Source: the human T2T-CHM13v2.0 reference genome, Homo sapiens. Taken from it: DNA of 64,000 nucleotides. The stretch is from the NCBI RefSeq assembly GCF_009914755.1, contig NC_060930.1; one strand, given 5' to 3'. Position 1 is the first letter of the stretch, and every line of letters begins with the position of its first letter. The notes under the pieces are model-generated. The model did not search any database. It saw only the letters and a program-made list of their open reading frames with translations, and was not told where the DNA came from. A program made the position numbers and the translations under genes. Below, piece after piece: positions 29,605-40,947 of the stretch.

Positions 29605-30590
29605 AACAGCAAAATAAACTATCATCAAGGTGAACAGACAACCTACAGAATGAGAGAAAATTTTTGCAATCCATCCTCCTGACAAAGGTCTAATATCCAG
29701 AATCTACAAGGAACTTAAATAAATTTACAAGAAAAATAACAAACAACCCCACTAAAAAGTGGGCAAAGGACATGAATAGACACTTCTCAAAAGAAGACAT
29801 TTATGCAGGCAACAAACATATGAAAAAAAGTTCAACATCACATCCTTAAAGAAATGCAAATCAAAATCACAATGAGATACCATCTCATGCCAGTCAGAAT
29901 GGCTATCATTAAAAGTCAAGATACAACAAATGCTGGTGAGGCTGTGGAGAAATAGGAACACTTTTACACTGTTGGTGGGAATGTAAATTAGTTCAGTCAT
30001 TGTGGAAGACAGTGTGGCGAGTCCTCAAAGACCTAGAACCAGAAATACCATTTAACCCAGCAATCCCATCACTGGGTATATGCCCAAAGGAATATAAATC
30101 ATTATAAAGATACATGCACATGGATGTTCATTGCAGCACTATTCACAATAGCAAAGACATGGAATCAACCCAAATGCCTGTCAATGATAGACTGGATAAA
30201 GAAAATGTAGTACATATACACACCATGGAACACTATTCAGCCATAAAAAAGAATGAGATCATGTCCTTTGCAGGGACGTGGTTTGAGCTGGAAGCCATTA
30301 TTCTCAGCAAACTAACACAGGAACAGAAAATCAAACACCATGTTCCCACTTATAAATGGGAGTTCAACAATGAGAACACCCGGACACAGGGAGAGGAACA
30401 CCACACACTGGGGCCTGTGGTGGGGCACAGGGAGAGAATCAGGACAAATAGCTAATGTATATGGGGCTTAATACCTAGGTGATGGGTTGATAGGTGCAGC
30501 AAACCACCATGACACATGTTTACCTATGTAACAACCCTCCACATCCAGCACATGTACTCCAGAACTTTAAGTTAAATTAAGTTAAAAAAA
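29605..30590 (+). mobile_element. 5'-truncated L1PA (older primate subfamily)
   Basis: ORF2 C-terminus (MSFAGTWFELEAIILSKLTQEQK in ORF 30114-30455), 3' UTR with cttaatacctaggtgatgggttgataggtgcagcaaaccaccatg, and an A-rich tail. Confidence 0.92.
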
Positions 30591-31169
30591 TAGCCTAGGA
30601 GAGAAACATATCAATTCTCTCATCATCATTGCTAAGGAGTCTTGACTAGGAAATTGTTGTTCAATTTAAACCCTTTTCTATATTGATTCTTTTATAATTA
30701 TATCAAGAAAATTCAGTCTCCAGGTTTCAAAGCTGATAACATTACCTATTTTGAAAAGATTGCCTATTTATTTCTGCCTTTATCAGCAAGAGAAGCTCAT
30801 CCTTAATGCCTATCATTGGGCTAGGCATTAGCAGAAGCTTCTTAAATACAATAGGATATGGTTGAGTGTTTTTCTTATCTGGGATCAGTGTTTCTTGGGA
30901 AGTACCTACAGAGATACTCTGAACTACATGTGAGTGAGTATGATGATAGCGAACATCATTAGAGGAATTAGAGTAGATAACTCATGTGTAAGCACCAGAG
31001 AGCAGTTATGTGATGTGATGGGGCTACCTAGAGCCAAAAAACACAAATTAAAGATTTACCGTGTTGTGGGGCATCTTGATACACTGCAGAACAGTCCTAG
31101 CGAGGACGGGTCAAGAAAGACACTGCATTGATGAGTACAATATACCCAGAAAATCCAGGCTGTTGGAGG

Positions 31170-31170
<1 letters not shown>

Positions 31171-31212
<42 letters not shown>
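31171..31212 (+). repeat. (TG)21 microsatellite upstream of the RIMS1 promoter
   Basis: Perfect TG dinucleotide run. Confidence 0.97.
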
Positions 31213-31215
<3 letters not shown>

Positions 31216-31765
31216 CAAAAGCATCCAAAAAATCACATTGTTGTGGCTGTGAACACTTAACTAGTAAATAAGAAAGACACGGTGGCAGGGAGGAAAAAGA
31301 AAATGTATCCACAGGGTGTTCCATTCTGCTGTTCAGAACATTGTGGTTGCTCAAATAATATTAATGCTCTATGATGAAGATGGTAGCGAGGATGATGATG
31401 ATTAATGCGACCCATGCAAAATAGGGCTGGGGAGGATGACATAGGCGAGGGACCAGAAGAGGGAGGATGACTCATGGGTGAGGGGTACCTGGGGATAGAG
31501 CGAGGTGCTGTGCACGTTGGCGACTGTAGGGGTAGCGGCCGGGGCACGCGTGGCTCGGACCCGGGGAGTGGGCGGGTGGGTGCCCGTGGGCGGAGCGGCG
31601 CCGGGACTGAGTGGCTGGCAGCTATGTCTGCGAGAGCAGCGGCATCACCCTGGATGGAAGCCTCTGAGACTCCGCCTAACTGACACCCAAACTCTCCCTC
31701 TCCCTCCCGCAGCCCCAAATTGGAGGCAGCAGAGCCTGGGAGCAGCCTCCACGGCGGCAGCGGCC

Positions 31766-31812
31766 GCCCCAGCCCCAGCCCCAGCCCCAGCCCCAGCCCC
31801 GCCCCCGCCCCG
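31766..31812 (+). repeat. (GCCCCA)5 hexamer repeat running into GC boxes; G-quadruplex-capable on the minus strand
   Basis: gccccagccccagccccagccccagccccagccccgcccccgcccc read directly. Confidence 0.9.
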
Positions 31813-31991
31813 CGCCCCGCCGGAGACGCCCGGATCGGCGGAGCCTGGCGCGAGCCCTCGCCCCCTCGCCTCTCCCGCCGCGCCTCCGCCTGCCCGCCCC
31901 CGCCGGCCGAGGCTGGGCTGCGGGAGGCGGCCGGGCGGCCCCGAGCTTCGCTAGGGCGACCAAAACAAAGGCAGCATCCGGGGCTGGGTGG

Positions 31992-32105
31992 ATGCAAACA
32001 ACCATGAAAGACTGGGTTCTCGCTCTCCCCGGCTCTGCTGCTGCTGCTGCTGCCGCCGCCGCCGCTGCTCCTCCTCCTGCCGCCGCCGCTAGGGCTCCGC
32101 TGTGA
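31992..32105 (+). CDS. Candidate uORF, 37 aa, MQTTMKDWVLALPGS-A11-PPP-AAAA-RAPL
   Basis: ATG at 31992 and a second in-frame ATG at 32004 (ACCATGA, purine at -3), TGA at 32103-32105. Out of frame with the RIMS1 ATG and ends 85 nt before it. Translation is not demonstrated. Confidence 0.5.
   Translation: MQTTMKDWVLALPGSAAAAAAAAAAAPPPAAAARAPL
32035..32090 (+). repeat. Compound triplet repeat (CTG)6(CCG)4 CTG (CTC)3 CTG (CCG)3 in the 5' leader
   Basis: Read directly from the sequence. Confidence 0.95.
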
Positions 32106-32190
32106 GGGGGAAGCAGGGGCGCAGCTGCTGGGCGTGCATCCGAAAGGTGAGAGCCAGAGAGCGAGCAGAGGGGGCGGGCAGGCCACGAAA

Positions 32191-32354
32191 ATGTCCTCGG
32201 CCGTGGGGCCCCGCGGTCCTCGCCCACCCACGGTGCCTCCCCCCATGCAAGAGCTGCCCGACCTGAGCCACCTGACCGAAGAGGAGAGGAACATTATCAT
32301 GGCAGTGATGGACCGGCAGAAGGAAGAGGAGGAAAAAGAAGAAGCCATGCTCAA
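32191..32354 (+). CDS. RIMS1: RIMS1 (RIM1-alpha) first coding exon: N-terminus and Rab3-binding helix; phase-2 intron follows
   Basis: Translation MSSAVGPRGPRPPTVPPPMQELPDLSHLTEEERNIIMAVMDRQKEEEEKEEAML(K) is the recognisable RIM1-alpha N-terminus. ATG context AAAATGT inside a CpG island. Canonical donor AA|GTAAGC at 32354/32355 gives 164 coding nt. Confidence 0.97.
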
Positions 32355-35300
32355 GTAAGCCAGCCCCAGCCGCGCCATCCATGCCTCCGTGCCTCCATCC
32401 GTCCATTCACCACTCACTCCCCTAGTCCTCGCGGCTGAGTGTGGGGAAGGGGCTGCCAGGGTGCTGGGTGCGGACGGAGGCGCCCGCCTTGGGCCAGGGG
32501 CGCGGGGCTTGAGCAGGGAAGAGGTCAGGGGACCGGAGGAGGGAGGGGATATGCCACAGATCCAGGAACCCAAAGGCCGGGGGAGGATGACTTGAGACTG
32601 GGGTGCAGAGGAGGGATGGGTGGACGGGGGCCACGCTCGTGGTGGGAAGTGCAGAAGCTGAGAGGTGCTGATCCCACCCAAGTGGAAGGTCCCTGGGCTG
32701 GGAGCAGGTTAGGGGGCAGGGGATGAGTAGAAACAAGGGGAGGCAGGATGAAGAGGTGCTGAGGACAGCTCCTCTTCTCTTCTTGGAGTTGTTTAGCTGG
32801 TCGGGGTTACCCCAGTGAAGGCTGCCTATATTTATATAATAAAAATGCTTATTTTTAGTGTTCATTTTAGTAATCATTCATCTCACAGATCAAGGTTGGG
32901 TCTTTTTTTGGGCAATTGCCATCTTTGGTAACCTGCCTCCCCAGCTTCTCTTTAACCTTTTATTCAGAGTCTTCTACACAGCATACCTGTGTGAAGACAG
33001 ATTCTCTTCTCCATATGTAATGCCACTGGCAATACAAAGTTTTTAATCATGGGAGAAGCTGACAGGGACTCTGGCCTGAATAACATAGAGGTTCCTCTTT
33101 AGTGGTTTCCAAGAGACCTCTGGGGCCTGTTCAGTTCCTGGAGGAAACAGTCCAATAAGGGATTGGGAATTTGCACTCCTCCTCACTTCTTTAGAGCGCA
33201 TCAACCCTTCAAGGGATTTCTGTCTGATGCCCCATTTTCCTGGTGATGGGGAGAAGATGGGACTACTTGCTGGTGGTGCAGGAGTGTGTGACACTGTGCT
33301 GCTGCTTGCCTCAGACAAAACTGCTTACAAGGGACTGGCAGAGAGACGGGGCTTTCCTTGCTTAGCATCACCCATAGAGTAGAGCTGAAGGAGGCTTCAA
33401 CCCTGCCTTTTCTTGGGAAGTCTTCATGTATTCAGGAAAGTTTTCACTCTGAAGCAGGGGAATGTAGGGGCCCTGACTGTGACTGACTCCTTGGTGTCCC
33501 CTGCTTAGGCTGGAAGGTGTATCTGGGGCCAGGGGATTGGCATGAAGAGCCAAAAGGAACCTGTTGCATCTGGAGTTACCTGATAGCAAAAGAGGGGTGG
33601 GGAGGGAGCAGGGGTGAAACCCAGACACAGAGCACATTCTGCATGGCCTCTCCCCCACCCCCTAGAAGTGCCTCCTCGAGAGAAGATGCTGCCGAAGAAG
33701 ATTTCTTCTGCTTCCCCTCAGTGCAGCAGTGCCTCATAGGAGAGGAATGGAGGGAGGCTGCATTCACAGACCGATGGTTCCCCAACCAGGGCAACTGACA
33801 CTCAGATAGGGGAGGGGGATACTGAGGGAGAGATGTGGCTGTTAGGTCACAGCAAAATAGTAGAAATCCAGTCATTCCTGTTCTTTCATTGTAGATTCAG
33901 AAAAGGGCCATTAACTCCGAAGGCCAGAGCTGGCCTGGTTCTATAAAGAGCAGCAGGTTTCTGAATTCCCTGCTCCTTCTCATCCAAAAATCAAATACTT
34001 TAAGCCTGCCGGCTTGAGGGAGGCAGAACCCTCGTTAATCTGCTGCCTGTCCCTAGTGGAAGAATGACGTCCCTGGTGCTGCAGGCTTCCCCTCTTCTGA
34101 GACTGGAAGTAATGGATGGTGTCTGATAGTGCTGCTGTCTGTCTGTCTGGTTGTCAGTCCGTCTGTACTCACTGGTTACAGCCCCTGCCACCTGTCCTGA
34201 ACACCTTTTCGGCTTGTCAGGATTTACAGGTTTGCTGCTGTTCCTTTTGCTGTTTGCTGCAGACAGCAGGTGGATGGAGGCCTCCAGTAGCTAGTGGAAA
34301 ATATAGGCTGCTGCTTGCCAGAGTCCGGATAGGAAGGGGAAGGCACGGTGCAAGTAGTGGCCATCATGCCTCTTCATTGGCTGTCTCAAGCATGGTGGAG
34401 AGTGAGGGATTTTAAGTGGGAGTGGGTGAGTTTTAGGACAGAATTCCAAACCTGCTAACTGCCAAAGGACAGCAATTATAAGATTGTATGGGCTTATATG
34501 GGCAAATAAAAATTAGGAGCACTGTCCAACTGCTCATGTCTAACACATCTTTTCCGCTGCTTTTCCTGTGACTGCTTTCTACTGGCTTGCATATATTGTT
34601 CCTTTGTTGCATGGATTCACAAAATATCACTGTATATGATGCTGTTATACAACAGCTCTCTATAATCCTGGACCTCTGTATTAACTTTATCCATCAGCCT
34701 CCTCTGCTAATGTCTTGGCCTTTTGTTCAGTGACAGATTGGTGAGTGTTTTGGAATCCCAGTTTGCTGCCATGTAAGCATGTCATATTGTCTGCAATTAG
34801 TGGAAAAGTGCTGTAATTTTTTTTTATAGGGGACACTTTATGTCTTAAAAACTGGGGATAATGGGAACTATTTAGATGACACATATATATGAGGACATAA
34901 TGACACATAGTCATAGATGGTGGCCTTTTTAAAACTTTGTGTTAAAATAGATTGGAAAACAGGATTCTTTTAACAGGGCTTTAAAATATTGTTACATCAG
35001 AGAAAAGTTTTTGTGGTAATTATGGGTGATCATAATCACACATCTGAGAAATTACTTTCACAAAACGCTCTACAAAGCTTAAGTTCTGGCAATACGGCAA
35101 TTAGACTTAAAATTCACTTGTGTTATTGGTGCAGAACTATCTCCTTAAGCTACCTACTGTGCATGCTGTCTCTTTTCACAATGTATAAAAATAGGCGCAG
35201 AGAGAAAATAGAAAATGATGGATGAATATGTGAAACCAACATTATAAAATATCAATTAAAATGTATTTGTAAGTTTCATCGGCCTTGATTGTAAATTACT

Positions 35301-35760
35301 AGTTGAATTTGGCTTTGAGAATGTCTTTAAATATGTATAAATGGAAAAAAATCAAGCTACTTTAAAATCAAGATTTTAGAAGATTTTATTTGAAATTGAA
35401 AGTACTTTATCATAAAAAGAATTCGTTTTGTTGGCAAAGTACACTAATTTTAAGTTTAATGGCCATATAACTGGAAATAGTTGGCTCCCACAAATTATGT
35501 TTAATGATTGACTTAATTATCTGCAAATTAGAGGTCTTTTCTTAATCTTAATAGTGTTTTGGATGTGAGTGTGTGCGTGCATGCATGCACGCACACACAC
35601 GTGTGTTCTGAAGGCTTTCTGAAACCTAACTTTCTCGATGAATACTCCTTCAAGTAACTGTTACTAGACATCATGAGCCAATATATTACATAGGCTGAAA
35701 ACTGCATTATCTGGGACCTAAATCAGAGAAGATCTCATTAGATCTAGGATCTTACTCCTT

Positions 35761-35791
<31 letters not shown>

Positions 35792-38700
35792 CACTTCATA
35801 GAGAAAGCAGCTACTGAATAGTAAGAGAAGAGAAAAAATGTAGAGAGTTAAGGCGATGGTTTGAGGATGAGAATCGAGTACCATATTGGAATATAATGTA
35901 AATAGGTAACATTTATTGAACATTAACCTCACACTAGCTCTTATTTTAAGTTATTTAATCTAATGCCAAATAGTTAAACTGTGCTCAAGTTTATTATAAG
36001 TATAAATATTTAGATTCTCACAATAGCCTGTGCAGAAGGTAAACCAAATAATATAATTCTCACATCCTCACACTACCCTCAGAGAATTTCAGTAATATCC
36101 TAAACTGACTCACATAACATGGTCCAATCATGATTCAAAATCAGACCTTTTAGTCTAAATCCAAGTATTTTCCCGTACACTACACTGTCTTCCTACCAAG
36201 AAGCAGCCTATATTTCATTTATATTTTCTTTAAATGAATTTATAGTCTTTTCTCAGTTGCAGAGAAGTGGCTTGGCAAAAAATTAGGCTGATTCAGATCA
36301 GCTGCTGATCACAGCAGAGCCTGGGGCTTCACCTATACTCTTTCATAGAGTGTTAGAAGGTAATAAAAAGCATCACAGTGTAGTGGAAAGACCATTAAGT
36401 TTGTATCCGAGTGTTTTTAGGTTCTAGTTCTAGTTCTGCCACTTACTGTGCAAACATGGGCAAGAAAATTAAATTGAGATTGTATGAAGTTTCATTTTTT
36501 TCCTACAAATCCTTCAGTCCATGGTATGAATTGATTTATAAAGAGTATTGACTTTGGGCTTCTCCTTCTCTTCTTAACAGGTCACCTAGCATTTGCTTTC
36601 TAATCATCCATAATTACTACTTTTTTCCTGGAAAGGAGAGAGAAAGTAGAATGAGAAGAATTCCTGTAACTTCAGCTTTCCTCCTCCTTTTACTTACTTT
36701 ACACAAATATAATACTGTGGCCTGAAATATATCCATAAGGTTCATTATGAGAGATCCCAGTCACCAACTGGGAAAAGAAGAAAAGTGGAAGGAAAATCTG
36801 GGGAACCTTGAGGGGGATGAGGATAGCGTTCCTATGTATGCAGGTATCATATTTTCATTAGGGTTTGAAAAGATTTTAATATCTTACACCCCAAAATATG
36901 AAAAAGGCATTATTTAAGTAAATACATTACTAAATTAGAAGGAGAATATGGAAACCAGTGTGGGCTGGATGTGCTACTGCTGACTTGACTAATAGAAGCA
37001 TAATGTCTTGGGAATGTTATTTGCTCAACTTTTTAAACGAGGAAAACAATTTTTGTAAACTTGTGCAGTGAGCTTCCTGGAAAGATATCAAATATGAATT
37101 CCTAAAATCATATTATTATCCGCCCATACCTGTAATAAGCAGATGGATGAGGTTGCAGTACCATGGCTTATAAAGTCAATTGTATTGCATTTAATTTGTC
37201 CTCATGGGCTGTTTTCTACTTTTATACATTTGGTCCTGTGAGTTGGGTATTTTAGAGTTGGTCCTGAGAGTCAAAGTAAATTTGCCTGAGGCACGTGGCA
37301 GCTAGCATAATGAATCCAGAATCCATGTACACTGACCTCAAACCATTATTGTTCTTTTAAGTCTTTAAAAAAGTGCATTGAGTGCTGGCTATTATGATTT
37401 GTTTCCCTCATCTGTTGGAAAGGAAACTAACATTTATCGTGTACCTTCTATGTATTATGCATTTGACTGGATGCTTTACAAATTTTACTCACCCAGGCTC
37501 ACCTCTTGAAGAGAATTCTAGCCTGTGAGTATTTATTAGTTTTCCAATGTTAGTGAAATTCCCAGAACTAGCTTGGCATCTTCCTGACCCTTTGCTCATG
37601 ACATTTGATTCTGGAGTCCAGAGAACAAAACTTAAAGGAGTGAGAGAGGAGCTTCATGTGGCTAGTAACATGTTCCACCCTTTTCTGAGGGTGGACTCTC
37701 CAGAACTGTCTGGCTTCCGCAGTTCTGGCCCCAGGTGACTCTCTAACCCCATTTGTACCTGGAGTTTTCCTTATCTGCTTGCTGTTTTGCCCACAGGGTT
37801 CCCTAATACCATAGCATTTTCCCACCATTCCACCTAACCATGAGTTATCTTTGTTTGCCACTATTGTTCTGAATTTTATTTATTAAATAGGCTATTTCTA
37901 ACAAAGTGTCATATGATATTTAATTCAACAAGACCATTGTTTCAGGTATTAGAATTAGGTCAGGCATTAGGCTGCTGGGGTAGAATAAAGGCGAATCCTC
38001 TGCTTACAGCCCAATGTTGGCTGAGTTCCTATCATTTTAAAACTGCCGTAGTCAGAAAAAGAGGTGAGTGCTGGATAGTTGGATAGAACACTGGACTAGA
38101 TTCTGGTCTTAACATTATGACTTTTTATAGGTGTGAACATTGTCAAGATAATCCATCCAAGCATCAGATTTTATATGTAAAGTGGAATTTATAATGGCAG
38201 TCCTTCTAATCTGTGAAGCTTTAAAATGATAGTGGAGTCATCATATCCTCCAAATTGCTGTTTCCAAGAAAGGTGCCATTATTATGCTTATTTGTTAAAA
38301 CTGTAGAACACCAAGATTATATTTTCCAGTAGTCTTTGAAGGTACTAGGGGGCTTGGGAAGATGAGCTCTTGGAGAAGAGCCCACCTATCCTTTCATGCT
38401 AGCAATGCAGTGTTGCCAGGGTTGCAGCTCCCAGTGTGAGAATTTGACAAGGAGTTAAAAGGTAAAATGAGTTCAGGGCTTGGTCTGAGACTATATTTAC
38501 CTTCTTTCTTTTCTTTTTTTTTTTCCCCTCTCATTAAATAGCTCGTACATGTTTTTAGCACAAAAAGCAATGTGGGCAAAGTGATAAAGTTTGAAAGATC
38601 TAAAAGGCAATCCTAATTCAAAAATGAGAAGAGAAATTAGCTTGGGGTAATTTCCTCATCTTTTACAGAAAAAAATTTGGAGAAATACAGTAATAATTTT

Positions 38701-39359
38701 AGTGTCACTGGGTTTAATAAATTCTTCATTTTCAGAATTAGCTGAATAAGGGGTCATGTATATTTGTCAGGTAGTTTTCTTTCATGTCAGTTTACCATTG
38801 AGTGATGTAATAAATTGCATGTGTTTAAGAACTTTTTAAGATTCTTTATTGGATGCCTTAGGTTTTCTGTATTTATATTCTCACATTCTTACATCGAGTT
38901 TATATACACTTATTTTGACTAGATTACTTTTCTGTGGACAGCAAGAGGGGGTTATTCTGCAGAATTGATTTTAGATGTTTCTGCTTCTGTTGCAATATTG
39001 TGAAAACTTCCTGTTCATACGAATGCTTACTTAAAGGCAAAATAGAGCTGTTTAAAAGGAAGGTGACTGTACATGTTGATTTTCCTTTATCTGTTTATAC
39101 CAATTTCCTGCTATTATTATGTATGGTAACCCCTTCTCTCAATTTTGAGTTTCAACCTGGATGACAAATTATATTGTCTTCCTCTTTTTAAATCTTGCTT
39201 TCTCTTCCCCAAATTCTTCATTTATAACTTCAGAAAATCAAGCAATTAACAGTGTTAAAATATATCTCAACAATAAGTAATGCAAGCAAGTGGTAGATAT
39301 AAAATCTTGATCATTGTTTGGTAAATGGAGAACACTTTTTCTGAGAATGAGGTATTATC

Positions 39360-39681
<322 letters not shown>

Positions 39682-39876
39682 TCAACAGAATGATGCTTTT
39701 TATGGCAAAGCTGAATTTAAAATTTCAAAACATTTTTCAAATAATAGTAGTTACGAATTGCGACTTCATACAGGACTGTCTTTATGAGAATTCTCCTTTG
39801 AGCCTTGCAAAGAGCAGCCTGCAGTTTACCAAAGACATCTTTAATGTGTGAGAATTTATTTAAATAGATTTTGGGA

Positions 39877-40031
39877 TGTAATATTTTGATATTCCTCTGA
39901 GTTTAGATGGCAAAATGAGGTAATGTTACAGAAAGTAATTGCATGTTATTTGTAATATTTTGATAATTCCTCTGATGTTTAGATAGTAAAATAAGGTAAT
40001 GTTATAGAAAGTAATTTCATGCAATATGTAA
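39877..40031 (+). repeat. Diverged ~75-bp tandem duplication
   Basis: tgtaatattttgat(a)attcctctga...aggtaatgtta(c/t)agaaagtaatt occurs twice, with several substitutions and indels. Confidence 0.85.
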
Positions 40032-40564
40032 GTAATCAATGCACTTAATTATAATATTAGCTATTTTAAAGCATAATGAATGAAAGATATTTTGTGTAAT
40101 ATAGAAAATAATACCATGCTAATGATTTATACATTATTTAGTATTTGTTTGTATTACCCATCATTATGCCAGGTAATTTAATTATCATCTGGAAGATGAT
40201 AGTATATTTACATAGAGAAGGTATGTAAATTGAAAACCAATTAAGATATCTGTACTGTCATATAAAAGTCTTACACTACTTAGCTTCTTTTAATGGACTC
40301 TCATGCATAATATACACACTCACAAGTGGAAACTAATGTAGTAATCTTGATGGAGTTTTCTTGCTGTATTTGCTGGACTTTACATCGTCCATTTGATTAG
40401 TTCACAATTTACATACCTACATATGGCTTTCTGTACTTAAAGCAGTATTGCTTAATATTTGAAGACTATTTTTAATCTCAAGAATATATTTTAAAGTTGT
40501 AAGTTATTGGTGCACAAGCATTGTGTGCCATATTATTGTTTTTGTTGTTTAAACACAGCTTTTA

Positions 40565-40947
<383 letters not shown>

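Larger units (their letters stand above)
31490..32520. promoter_or_regulatory. RIMS1: CpG island promoter and 5' UTR of RIMS1
   Basis: Abrupt switch to very high GC and undepleted CpG in an AT-rich, CpG-poor background. Multiple GC boxes (CCCCGCCCC at ~31797-31811). Surrounds the first coding exon. Confidence 0.92.

Noticed and set aside
29605-29660. Two L1 pieces (starting ~4295 and ~29620) begin at nearly the same L1 consensus position
   Set aside because: The 3' UTR sequences differ and flanks are unrelated; most likely coincidental truncation points.
31257-32681. 474-aa antisense ORF across the CpG island
   Set aside because: Low-complexity Pro/Gly/Ser/Arg translation with a non-ATG start, typical of stop-poor GC-rich DNA; no recognisable domain.
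31474-32726. Other overlapping ORFs in the island (31505-31954, 31720-32007, 31676-32227, 32089-32406, 32439-32726)
   Set aside because: Mostly near-cognate starts and compositional artefacts of high GC; no homology recognised.
35766-35791. Isolated A26 run as a possible retrocopy tail
   Set aside because: No TSD or upstream retroposed body recognised; treated as a mononucleotide microsatellite.
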